IMG/VR virus record: IMGVR_UViG_3300032320_002231
Span: 1-24,098 of that record
Length of the DNA stretch: 24,098 nt
Reading direction: 5' to 3' (one strand)
DNA from: a virus
Taxonomy: Duplodnaviria; Caudoviricetes
Part shown: positions 7,875 to 15,980 of the stretch, piece by piece
Layout: the number at the start of each line of letters is the position of its first letter
Position numbering within the stretch: the first letter of the stretch is position 1
Translations under genes and position numbers: made by a program
The notes under the pieces: model-generated
Database searches by the model: none
What the model saw: only the letters and a program-made list of their open reading frames with translations
What the model was told of the DNA's origin: nothing

Positions 7875-9472
7875 GCTTGGGTTCTTGGTTTGGACGTATT
7901 GTTCGGGCTGGTGCGCAGGATTACACCAAGCGCCAACACATCTACGTCACCCCGCAAGATACGCGGACCGATGTCACCAATCAAAGCCGCAAGCAGGTCC
8001 TCGGACTAGCTCGGTACTGGTTCTACAACTCGCCCGTGGTGCGCGGAGCTATTGATTCAATGGTGAGAAATTCAATAGGCGGAGGAATTAAAATGCAATC
8101 TCGCACATCCGACGAGGGATGGAACCGAGCGACCGAGGAGTGGCTGGTCAACTGGTCGCTAGCTTGCGACGTCCGCGGCCTGCTGGACTGGAACACAATT
8201 CAGCAAGTGGCCACCCGCACCATGCTACGCGACAATGAGCTTTTTATTTTACTGACCGACAACGGGGACGGCTGGCCGATGCTTCAAATAATTGAGGCTC
8301 ACCGCTGTGAAACGCCGGACTATCTTCAGGACGAAAAGAAGGTCATTGACGGAGTCCGCGTTAACGCTCAAGGCCGTCCGCTTTCCTACTACATCAACCT
8401 TGGCCAAGACAACAAATTTTCAGAGATTCAAGCTCCGGATCTAATCGTTTTAGCAGAGCGTGATCGGGCAGACGAGCTGCGCAGCCTCTCCCGCCTGGTC
8501 ACCTGCCTAAACCTTATTCAGGACCGCGAGGAGATTTTGAGCAACACCATGGTTAGCGTCAAGCGCGCCTCGGCTATTGGCTTGGCGTTGGAGGGCGAGG
8601 GGACAGCCGGATTTTTTGGCAACGACACAACAAGCACTGACGGCATAACAACCGATAGGATTTATGGCGGCGGAGCTATTTGGAATGTTCCAAACGGCAG
8701 AAAGCTGGTTCAGCTAAAGGATGACCGGCCTGGCCCAAACGTGCTGGAAATGATGAAACAATTTAAGAGAGATGTGGCTTACGGGCTTGGGGTTCCATTA
8801 GCCTATATTGACGATTCCGATCTTTCTGGGCCGTCACAAAGATTTGCTCTTGCGCAAGCCCAGCGCCGCTTCGATGAAATCAGTCAGGCCATCATCACTC
8901 AGCTGGTCTCTCGCGTCCGCCTCTGGGCTTTAGCCAAGGCGATCAAGCGCGGTGACCTCACTCCGCCCCGCGGCATGGATCGGTGGTGGCAGTCTACTTT
9001 CCATACGCCCAAGCAGACCACGATCGACGCCGGGAGAGATTCTGCCGCTGACCGAGAGGATTTGAAACTTGGCCTTACCACCTATGCTGATATTTACGCC
9101 GCCAGGGGAGAAGATTGGCAGGATGCGATCGATCAGAAGATTGTGGAACAAGCGTACATCCGATCGAAGTGCGAAGCGGCTGGGATTCCCGTTAGCGAAG
9201 TACAATTTATTCCAAACCAACAGCCAGCACAACCGGCCGTGACTCCTCCCAGTGCAGCCCCGGCGGATGAAGTGCCGGCACAAGCTCCAGCTCCGGAGCT
9301 GGCCGCGATCACTGAAACAGTGACGATGACGGCGCCTGCTCCGGTTAAAATGACGGAAGCATTCACCATGAAGGACGAGCCTGACTTTTATTTCAGCGAC
9401 AAAGAGCTGACGATGGTGGCCAAAAGCCTTGGTCTTAAAGACAAAAAGCCGCGCAAAAAGAAATCGAGTTGA
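7871..9472 (+). CDS. Portal protein, lambda gpB family (533 aa)
   Basis: ARYWFYNSPVVRGAI, CDVRG, RDNELF, LQIIEAHR, IDGV..N..GRP..Y and IDAGRD motifs; position after terL/gpW. Confidence 0.93.
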   Translation: MSLGSWFGRIVRAGAQDYTKRQHIYVTPQDTRTDVTNQSRKQVLGLARYWFYNSPVVRGAIDSMVRNSIGGGIKMQSRTSDEGWNRATEEWLVNWSLACDVRGLLDWNTIQQVATRTMLRDNELFILLTDNGDGWPMLQIIEAHRCETPDYLQDEKKVIDGVRVNAQGRPLSYYINLGQDNKFSEIQAPDLIVLAERDRADELRSLSRLVTCLNLIQDREEILSNTMVSVKRASAIGLALEGEGTAGFFGNDTTSTDGITTDRIYGGGAIWNVPNGRKLVQLKDDRPGPNVLEMMKQFKRDVAYGLGVPLAYIDDSDLSGPSQRFALAQAQRRFDEISQAIITQLVSRVRLWALAKAIKRGDLTPPRGMDRWWQSTFHTPKQTTIDAGRDSAADREDLKLGLTTYADIYAARGEDWQDAIDQKIVEQAYIRSKCEAAGIPVSEVQFIPNQQPAQPAVTPPSAAPADEVPAQAPAPELAAITETVTMTAPAPVKMTEAFTMKDEPDFYFSDKELTMVAKSLGLKDKKPRKKKSS

Positions 9473-9490
9473 CGCGGTTTGGCCGATATG
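9469..9490 (+). promoter_or_regulatory. TTGACG-N13-ATG late-gene motif (protease)
   Basis: TTGACG 9469-9474 contains the portal stop; ATG at 9488 has no SD. Confidence 0.55.
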
Positions 9491-10444
9491 GCCGAAAAGA
9501 AATTCAAGGGCATCAGCGTCATCACCGCCGGGCCGGCATTGGGTCACGGAATGATTATTGATGCGGACACACTTTCTCAGGTGGTCGAAAGGGGAAACGA
9601 GGCCGGGCAGGTTAAGGTGCTCTCAGATCATTCAGGCTCCATCTCAAACATCATCGGCTATCTTGAAAACTTCCGCCTTGATGGTGCGCAGGTAAGGGCG
9701 GATCTCACGCTATTCCAAAGCCATGACAGCTTTGGGTTCTTTTCCGAACTAATCAGCACGTTGCCCGGCCAAATCGGATTTTCCATCAGCTTTAGCGGGA
9801 TTCCCAGGACAGCGGAGGATGGAACCACCCTGGCCGACGTGCAGAGCTTGTATTCCGTGGATCTGGTTCTTACGCCCGCAGCCAATCCTTCCGGAATCTT
9901 TCAAGCACGGGTTGACAGCAAACAAAAAGCCATGACCGAAAATTTACCGGCCCAAGAAGCCAAGTTAGAAGCGCTGGCAGAAGCCGCGCCCGTTGCACCG
10001 GCGGCCCCGGTCGAAGAAGCGGTCAAAGCCGCTGAACCTACCTTGTCCGACATCAACGCCAAGCTGGATGCCATCATGGCGATGCTGACGGCTGATGCGG
10101 TGAGCGATGTGGTTGAGGAGCCTATGGCCGCCAAGGTCGAGGAAAAGAAGCTCGAAGCCGCCGTGGTTGAAGAGCCCAAGGTTAGGGCCGCTCCGGAGCC
10201 CGTGGCCGTCGAAGCCAAGGCCGAGGAAATCAAAACCGAAGAGCCGGTGGCCAATGAAGCCGCCGCCCTCAAGGCCGAGCTCGCCGCCAAGGTCATTGAG
10301 CTTGAAGCGTCCCGTGGCATCAAGCCCATTGAAGTCGAATCTTCCAAACAACTTTCTCGCGGAGAGCTGCTGGCGCAGTTCAACGCAGAAAAGAATCCCC
10401 GTCGTGCGGCGGAGATTTTTAAACAAATCAAGTTCGCACGATAA
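9488..10444 (+). CDS. Prohead maturation protease with C-terminal scaffold region (318 aa)
   Basis: Between portal and capsid; SDH, IGFSIS and SVDLVLTPAANP fit HK97/assemblin-fold prohead proteases; Ala/Glu/Pro-rich C-half. Confidence 0.8.
   Translation: MAEKKFKGISVITAGPALGHGMIIDADTLSQVVERGNEAGQVKVLSDHSGSISNIIGYLENFRLDGAQVRADLTLFQSHDSFGFFSELISTLPGQIGFSISFSGIPRTAEDGTTLADVQSLYSVDLVLTPAANPSGIFQARVDSKQKAMTENLPAQEAKLEALAEAAPVAPAAPVEEAVKAAEPTLSDINAKLDAIMAMLTADAVSDVVEEPMAAKVEEKKLEAAVVEEPKVRAAPEPVAVEAKAEEIKTEEPVANEAAALKAELAAKVIELEASRGIKPIEVESSKQLSRGELLAQFNAEKNPRRAAEIFKQIKFAR
9912..9934 (+). promoter_or_regulatory. TTGACA-N14-ATG motif internal to the protease gene
   Basis: TTGACA 9912-9917; in-frame ATG 9932 at the domain boundary. 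Confidence 0.65.
9932..10444 (+). CDS. Nested in-frame scaffolding protein (170 aa, MTENLPAQEAK...)
   Basis: In-frame ATG where the protease fold ends and A/E/K/P-rich sequence begins; preceded by the late motif; analogous to lambda C/Nu3. Confidence 0.65.
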   Translation: MTENLPAQEAKLEALAEAAPVAPAAPVEEAVKAAEPTLSDINAKLDAIMAMLTADAVSDVVEEPMAAKVEEKKLEAAVVEEPKVRAAPEPVAVEAKAEEIKTEEPVANEAAALKAELAAKVIELEASRGIKPIEVESSKQLSRGELLAQFNAEKNPRRAAEIFKQIKFAR

Positions 10445-10465
10445 CCCTAACAGGAGACACTAAAC

Positions 10466-11338
10466 ATGGCTAACACACTCGGCAGCACGTCCAACGGCAA
10501 AGCCATTGCGCAACGCGCACTGACCACGCTGGTGGATTCCCTGCCTTTCCTAACCAAAGCGGTAACGGACTTCTCAGACGTCCCGGCCCGTATGAACGAT
10601 ACCATCACCACCCACCTCGTGACCGTCGGCACCGCCGGTGCGTACAGCACTACGGCCGGCTACGTTGCCCAGGATCGCACCCAGACTGATGCCACCATCA
10701 GCCTGAGCAACCTGATCCACAGCACGTACGCGATCACGGACGCTGAGAAATACAGCTCCTCGATCGACCTGATCAACCGGTTCGCCTCCTCGGCAGCTTA
10801 TGCCTTGGGCAAGAGCATGACGGATAGCTTGCTCGGTCTCGTGACCAGCACCTATGCCACCACTCTCACGGTTGCGGCCGGTGCGTTGAGCTACCGCGGC
10901 GTCGTCAGCTTGGGATTGGGCTTGGACAATAACAAAGTTCCGTTGAATGATCGTTACGCGATCATCTCCCCGGATAACAAAGCCAGCCTGCTGAATGAGG
11001 CCAACATCGTTGCCAACGCTCAGATTCAAGGCGAAGCGGTAAAGACCGGCTCTCTTGGAATCGTCAACGGCATTGAGATGTTCTCCTACACCGCGCTTCC
11101 CTCGGCAGTGTCCAAGGGTTTTGCGGCGCAGAAGGAAGCTCTCATCGTGGCGGCTCGCGTGCCCGAAGCCCTCGACAACTATCCTGGCTCCCAGGACGTT
11201 GTGACGGACTCGGAAAGCGGCCTGTCCCTCGCCGTTCGCGAGTGGGTGAACCCCACCCTCGGAACCACCAATCGCAGCTACATCCTGCTGTTTGGTGTGG
11301 GACGTGGATCGACCAGTTCGCTGGTTCGCTTGGTCTAA
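10466..11338 (+). CDS. Major capsid protein (HK97 fold, 290 aa)
   Basis: Position after protease/scaffold; AGGAG SD at 10452-10456; LDNNKVP..DRYAIISP, G.LG.VNGIEMF and ILLFGV patterns; followed by a strong hairpin. Confidence 0.9.
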   Translation: MANTLGSTSNGKAIAQRALTTLVDSLPFLTKAVTDFSDVPARMNDTITTHLVTVGTAGAYSTTAGYVAQDRTQTDATISLSNLIHSTYAITDAEKYSSSIDLINRFASSAAYALGKSMTDSLLGLVTSTYATTLTVAAGALSYRGVVSLGLGLDNNKVPLNDRYAIISPDNKASLLNEANIVANAQIQGEAVKTGSLGIVNGIEMFSYTALPSAVSKGFAAQKEALIVAARVPEALDNYPGSQDVVTDSESGLSLAVREWVNPTLGTTNRSYILLFGVGRGSTSSLVRLV

Positions 11339-11352
11339 AGACTAAGATTATC

Positions 11353-11389
11353 GGTGGGCCGGTCGCATCGGGGGGTGCGGCCGGCCACC
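11353..11389 (+). terminator. GC-rich stem-loop after the capsid gene (no U-tract; attenuator or mRNA stabiliser)
   Basis: GGTGGGCCGGTCGCATC-GGGG-GGTGCGGCCGGCCACC: about 16 bp stem with one bulge and two G-U pairs. Confidence 0.65.
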
Positions 11390-11400
11390 ACCCTAAAGAT

Positions 11401-13524
11401 ATGACCACCCCCACTGTCTCAATCGCCCTCATCGCCGGCCCCGGCGAGGGGGCGATTTTGCGTAGACTGATCGAATCCTCACGCGGCCTATGGGATCAGG
11501 TCGTAGTCGTGCCGGCAGTAGGCGCAAACAATGCGCACGATGTACGCCAATGCGCTCAGGAGGCCGCTGGTGAGGCTTTAGTGTGCGAGGAGTACCAGAA
11601 CAGCCCGGAACACAAGGATTGGCCTCATATCGACAATTTTGCAGCCGCTAGGAACAAGGCTTTCAGCCTAGCCACAGGTAAGTATGTGGTTTGGGCAGAT
11701 TGCGACGACATCTTTGAGCCAGGGCAGGCGGCGGCTCACCGGCAAGCCATCATGGATCGGGAAGCCGGAAATACTGAGTGGGACATTCTGGTCACAATTT
11801 ACGACGTCCAAAACTCAGGCATGCGCAACAACAAGCGGGAACGAATATTCCGCCGGATGGACGATGGAAAGCTGCCGGCTCATTGGGAGCGCCAGATCCA
11901 CGAAAGAGTGACGCCCGCAAAGAACACCAAGATTGGCGTGGCAGAGCACCTAAAAATCCTGCATGCCCCAAATGGGCCAAAGATAAGCAGTGCGGAACGT
12001 AACAAGCGAATCATCGCCAGCCGGATCAGTGGAATCGGGATGGAGTGGTACTACTTGGCACAGGAGCATTTTCTTAAGAACGAATACCAGCAAGCCATCG
12101 GGCCTTGCCTGCTGGCGCTGGAACACGGCGATCTGGGCCCGGCTGAGCGCTATCAGCTCCACACGCAGGCCAGCATGATGCTGTCTGACCGGGCAAAACG
12201 ATTGGAGCATATTGGGAAAGCCATCACCCTTTGCCCATTACGCCGCGAGGCACACGGCCTGCTGGCGGCCGACAGGATGGATCACGAAGATTTCACCACC
12301 GCATTCCACATTCTAAAAAAAGTGGATTGCATGCCGCACACCACGGATTGGAACCAAGAAAACAGATGGTACAAACATCTGCCCAGAGCGCTCATGGCTC
12401 AATGCCTGCGTGCCAGTAAGCAAAACCTTGATGCCGACATCCTGGTGCGGGAAGGATTCCGGGCGGCTTGGGGCCGGATCACCGTCATCCATGTGGGCGA
12501 GCCGGAAGATTGCCTGCGCTCGCTCGCTCTTTACACCGACACCGCAGACGATCCCAACGCCATCCAGCACATGCTCATCACCCAGCGCGGCAATAAGCAG
12601 GCAGACCGGCATCGGATAATCCACTCTGCGGATGAAGCCATGGGTGCAGCCGCCGGGGATATCCTTTTAACCGTCACCGCCAAAGACGGCAAAATGCCAG
12701 GACTGCGGTGGGATCACGAATTGATTGAAAACGGAACCGTGCCCGATGGGGCACAGCGCCTTCCGGATCCGGTAGATCGGGTGGGTCGCGTCATTGTTGG
12801 GTTAACCACCACGCCAAAACGCATCCACACCATCCTGCCTACGCTTCAGAGCCTGCTTAACCAATCCCGCCCTCCGGACAAGATTGTCCTGCACTTGCCC
12901 AAAAAGTTAGCCAGGACAGGGGAACGCATGCCGGATCTTCCGGCCGCCATCAAACAACTGGAGGCGGATGGTAAAATCACAATTTACAATGGGGGCGACC
13001 ACGGCCCGGCCAGTAAATTTGTCGGCGCCTATCATAATGCGGAGCCGGACGATCTGATCCTCTGGTGCGATGACGATATCCTTTACAGCCCGCGTATGAT
13101 TGAAACTCTGGCACAAGAATGCCCGGAGGGCGCGGCCATGGGGCAGTGCGGATTTTTTATGACGGGATCCACCGGCTATGCCATCGCCCCGGATCACCTG
13201 GGTCACGCTGAAATCTTGGAAGGATTTGGCGGTGTGTGTTGCCGAAAGAAGGATTTTCCCGATATCGATCTATTCCCGCCCGTCAGTGAAAAAGAGTTCT
13301 CGCAAATGACCGACAAGGAGAAAGCCCGCTTCCTTGCGGACGATTACGTCATGAGCACGGAGCTGCAAAAGAAAGGCATTAAAACCCTCGTGTGCAACCG
13401 TTCTGATTTTTCACGTTCTAACGGCCTTCGCATCCGCCAGGAGGGATTGGGCGAGGATGCCTTGCAAAACAATAAAGGCACCGGCGGCAACCTTGCTGCC
13501 TACGCACTTCTTAAAAATGCGTAA
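11401..13524 (+). CDS. Multidomain glycosyltransferase: GT2 + TPR-like + degenerate GT + second GT-A domain (707 aa)
   Basis: Start ATG 11401. DNFAAARN..F..ATGKYVVWADCDD, RERIFR and W...IHE (GT2); helical repeats WYYLAQE...PLRREA; C-terminal VIVGLTTTPKRI..TLQSLLNQ, DHGPASK, WCDDDILY, EGFGGV, ADD. Confidence 0.9.
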   Translation: MTTPTVSIALIAGPGEGAILRRLIESSRGLWDQVVVVPAVGANNAHDVRQCAQEAAGEALVCEEYQNSPEHKDWPHIDNFAAARNKAFSLATGKYVVWADCDDIFEPGQAAAHRQAIMDREAGNTEWDILVTIYDVQNSGMRNNKRERIFRRMDDGKLPAHWERQIHERVTPAKNTKIGVAEHLKILHAPNGPKISSAERNKRIIASRISGIGMEWYYLAQEHFLKNEYQQAIGPCLLALEHGDLGPAERYQLHTQASMMLSDRAKRLEHIGKAITLCPLRREAHGLLAADRMDHEDFTTAFHILKKVDCMPHTTDWNQENRWYKHLPRALMAQCLRASKQNLDADILVREGFRAAWGRITVIHVGEPEDCLRSLALYTDTADDPNAIQHMLITQRGNKQADRHRIIHSADEAMGAAAGDILLTVTAKDGKMPGLRWDHELIENGTVPDGAQRLPDPVDRVGRVIVGLTTTPKRIHTILPTLQSLLNQSRPPDKIVLHLPKKLARTGERMPDLPAAIKQLEADGKITIYNGGDHGPASKFVGAYHNAEPDDLILWCDDDILYSPRMIETLAQECPEGAAMGQCGFFMTGSTGYAIAPDHLGHAEILEGFGGVCCRKKDFPDIDLFPPVSEKEFSQMTDKEKARFLADDYVMSTELQKKGIKTLVCNRSDFSRSNGLRIRQEGLGEDALQNNKGTGGNLAAYALLKNA

Positions 13525-14191
13525 AACGCTGACCTTATCCGGATACAATCGGCCTGACTATTTCGCGCAAGTCATCGGCGCTTTGGCCAAATGTAACGGA
13601 GTAAGCGAATACAGCGTCACGGCCGTACTGGATCCATCCGACAAAACCAAAGAGCTGGTCGAGATTGCCAAGGGGCAGGGGATCGGCGTGCATGTTTCGC
13701 CGGCACACCTTGGTTGCGGCGCTGCTATTCTGCACGCCATGACGTACGGATTTGAACAATCCGATTTTCATATCCATCTGGAGGACGACACCGTACCCAG
13801 CCCGGACTGCCTGCGCTGGTTTGAGTGGGCCGGACGAAACGCCAACTCCAAGACGCTCACGATCTCAGGCTATAATCAGCACGGCGGGGCGGCACAGGAA
13901 AGCGCTTGTGGATTCCGTCAATGGTTCACCCCTTGGGGTTGGGCCACATGGAAATCCAGCTTTGAGAAATATCTCAAGCCGTCATGGGATCCATCATTCT
14001 GGGACGGCGGGGTGCAACGGATCCGCGAGAAACTTGGCATGGGGGAAATGTTTCCGCACGTCAGCCGGATCCAGAACATTGGGGCGGAGCGAGGCACGTT
14101 TTGTCCAGGGCCGGAGTTTCACAAAGAGCACCAGCACGCGACAAGGGTCGCAAATGGATCGGAGACAAAATGGCAACTTTGCAACACCTAA
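13517..14191 (+). CDS. GT-A fold glycosyltransferase (224 aa)
   Basis: Start ATG 13517, overlapping the upstream stop; YNRPDY, IHLEDDTVPSPD, FTPWGWATW, SRIQNIG (GnT-I/GT13-like or GT2 motif set). Confidence 0.88.
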   Translation: MRKTLTLSGYNRPDYFAQVIGALAKCNGVSEYSVTAVLDPSDKTKELVEIAKGQGIGVHVSPAHLGCGAAILHAMTYGFEQSDFHIHLEDDTVPSPDCLRWFEWAGRNANSKTLTISGYNQHGGAAQESACGFRQWFTPWGWATWKSSFEKYLKPSWDPSFWDGGVQRIREKLGMGEMFPHVSRIQNIGAERGTFCPGPEFHKEHQHATRVANGSETKWQLCNT

Positions 14192-14724
14192 GCATCGGCG
14201 GAGAGGATTGGTTTAGTTTCTCCGGCTTGTATGATCAGGTCGTCGCCAAGCTGCCTAATCCGGCTCACATTGTGGAGGTAGGCTGCTGGAAAGGGCGTTC
14301 CGTTGCACACCTTGCCGTGGCGGCTCACAACAGCGGCAAAAAAATACGGGTTGATGCGGTGGATACCTGGCTTGGATCGGAAGAGCACAAGGACGATGAA
14401 TGCCTTGGCAACGACGGCCTATACCGAACCTTTTTGGAAAACATCTCCACCATCCGGCATCTGATCCAAATCGTTCGGCTGCCATCCACCGTGGCGGCCG
14501 CCACCTATCCGGATCGATCTTTGGATTTTGTGTTTTTGGATGCGGCTCATGATTACGAAAGCGTAAAAGCAGACATTGCGGCTTGGCTGCCCAAGGTTAA
14601 GCCGAGCGGGATTCTGGCAGGTCATGATTACATGTGCGGCTGGCCGGGGGTGGATCGCGCCGTGGCCGAGGCTTTCAACGCCGTCACATTTCAAGACAAC
14701 TCATGGATGGTTATTTTGACATAA
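14170..14724 (+). CDS. Class I SAM-dependent methyltransferase (Methyltransf_24-like, 184 aa)
   Basis: Start ATG 14170 with GGAG SD; IVEVGCWKGRS, AVDTW, LDFVFLDAAHDYESVKADI..W.PKVK..GILAGHDY. Confidence 0.92.
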   Translation: MATLQHLSIGGEDWFSFSGLYDQVVAKLPNPAHIVEVGCWKGRSVAHLAVAAHNSGKKIRVDAVDTWLGSEEHKDDECLGNDGLYRTFLENISTIRHLIQIVRLPSTVAAATYPDRSLDFVFLDAAHDYESVKADIAAWLPKVKPSGILAGHDYMCGWPGVDRAVAEAFNAVTFQDNSWMVILT

Positions 14725-14737
14725 GGCAATCCGCGTG
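14716..14737 (+). promoter_or_regulatory. TTGACA-N13-GTG late-gene motif
   Basis: TTGACA 14716-14721 lies in the last codons of the methyltransferase; GTG start at 14735. Confidence 0.65.
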
Positions 14738-15046
14738 ACTGAGCTGGAAACCCTTATGACCAGCGGCCTTTCCGAAGCGATTGCCGCCGCACCCGTTACT
14801 GCATCCATTGGCGGCACCGTCGTCACCGGCTTTTATTCGTCCAACGATCAGACTGCCCAGCTTGGCTACGGTGGCATGATTGAGCCCCAAGGCAGCGAGT
14901 TTGTTTACGTTTCCAGTGACGTGACGGCTCCCAGCCTGATGAGCGTCATCACAGTGGCTGGGATCCGCAAGAGGGTCACCGGCATCAATAACGACACCGG
15001 CACCACCAGCCTTTCACTGGCCACTCCGGAGGACGTGCGCAAATGA
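14735..15046 (+). CDS. Putative head closure protein (gpFII-like position), 103 aa
   Basis: Size, beta-rich pattern (ITVAG...RV.GI..D.GTTSLSL) and position. Confidence 0.6.
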   Translation: MTELETLMTSGLSEAIAAAPVTASIGGTVVTGFYSSNDQTAQLGYGGMIEPQGSEFVYVSSDVTAPSLMSVITVAGIRKRVTGINNDTGTTSLSLATPEDVRK

Positions 15047-15462
15047 GTCTTAGGCTGGATTTTGAGAATGCGCTGACGTCCTACCTGACCACCGTCAGCC
15101 CGTCCAAACCCACCGGCCTCAATATCCAGGCCGGCCACCGGATCGATGACCTGCAAGTGCCGGCATTGATTATCCATGCGGAATCGGCGGAGCCGGCAGA
15201 GCAGGGGATCCAGAGCACCACCAGAAAAATTACCATTGAGGCCACCGTTCTTACTCCCATGCAGGAAACCGGAACAGTCGCCAGCCATAATGCTTTCTTC
15301 AAATGGACGGAAGCCAGTCTGCGCAACAAAGACGCCATGGTCACGGCCATCACGGCCGGCATGTCGTTGCTTGGTTCTTATATCACCGCTGAAAAGAGCG
15401 CTGGCAACGATCAGGCCATGGGAGATTCAGTGACGGCCGTCTTTTGGGTTAATCCTGCTTGA
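15043..15462 (+). CDS. Putative tail terminator/completion protein (gpU-like position), 139 aa
   Basis: N-terminal helix followed by PALIIHAE strand; size and position; ATGA overlap. Confidence 0.6.
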   Translation: MSLRLDFENALTSYLTTVSPSKPTGLNIQAGHRIDDLQVPALIIHAESAEPAEQGIQSTTRKITIEATVLTPMQETGTVASHNAFFKWTEASLRNKDAMVTAITAGMSLLGSYITAEKSAGNDQAMGDSVTAVFWVNPA

Positions 15463-15488
15463 TTAACTGAGCCGCCGCGCCATAGCAT
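15459..15488 (+). promoter_or_regulatory. Sigma70-type promoter TTGATT-N18-TAGCAT
   Basis: -35 at 15459-15464, -10 at 15483-15488, ATG after a further 6 nt (leaderless geometry). Confidence 0.55.
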
Positions 15489-15494
15489 GGGCGC

Positions 15495-15659
15495 ATGACG
15501 CAAAGGGTACAGATCGACGGTGGATGGCCTAAAAAAATAAAGATTATAGGCGGCATTGTTTGCTTGGTGGGTTTGTTTTTGGCCATGATTTGGCCTTTTT
15601 GTGTGTTGATTTTTCTAGCCGGCCTTTTTGCGTTTATTGCTGGCCGCTTCTGCGAGTAG
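15495..15659 (+). CDS. Small two-TM membrane protein, moron-like (54 aa)
   Basis: Translated by hand: MTQRVQIDGGWPKKIKIIGGIVCLVGLFLAMIWPFCVLIFLAGLFAFIAGRFCE; T-rich relative to its flanks; absent from the ORF track. Confidence 0.8.
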   Translation: MTQRVQIDGGWPKKIKIIGGIVCLVGLFLAMIWPFCVLIFLAGLFAFIAGRFCE

Positions 15660-15664
15660 TTGGG

Positions 15665-15689
15665 TTGACAGCCTACGCATCCGCGTATG
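15665..15689 (+). promoter_or_regulatory. TTGACA-N14-GTATG late-gene motif
   Basis: TTGACA 15665-15670; ATG at 15687 with no SD. Confidence 0.7.
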
Positions 15690-15968
15690 GCTTACACTTA
15701 CGGCACACCCGCTAGCACAACTTTATCTGAATCCGTAGCAACCAGCTTTGAGCGTCTCTTTGTTCAAGGCGCGGATGGTACCGTAAAAGCACAGTTTAAG
15801 AAGTACGCACAGGGTGAGGCAAAAACCGAAACCTACACCACGACCTTGCCCACGCTTGCCACTGGCACGTTAAGCAACGGATCCATCACGGCTTACGAAT
15901 ACAAGGAAAGCAACACCGACCAGCCCCGCGTCACGCAAACAACGATGGCTTGGTCAACCATCCCGTAA
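15687..15968 (+). CDS. Putative minimal tail tube protein 1 (93 aa)
   Basis: Position of the major tail gene; beta-rich; about 30% Ser+Thr. Confidence 0.55.
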   Translation: MAYTYGTPASTTLSESVATSFERLFVQGADGTVKAQFKKYAQGEAKTETYTTTLPTLATGTLSNGSITAYEYKESNTDQPRVTQTTMAWSTIP

Positions 15969-15980
15969 GGACATTATTTT

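Noticed and set aside
9470-9490. Portal and protease in the same frame across one TGA (possible readthrough fusion)
   Set aside because: One-in-three chance; the spacing is explained by the TTGACG-N13-ATG motif.
9901-10431. Long minus-strand ORFs (also 18379-19029, 8930-9547, 10574-11029 and others)
   Set aside because: Antisense shadows of biased plus-strand genes; low complexity and no recognisable motifs.
11242-11400. GT frame open back into the capsid gene (-1 frame), suggesting a capsid-GT frameshift fusion
   Set aside because: No X XXY YYZ slippery heptamer before the capsid stop, and the hairpin lies after the stop; an open frame of this length is plausible by chance.
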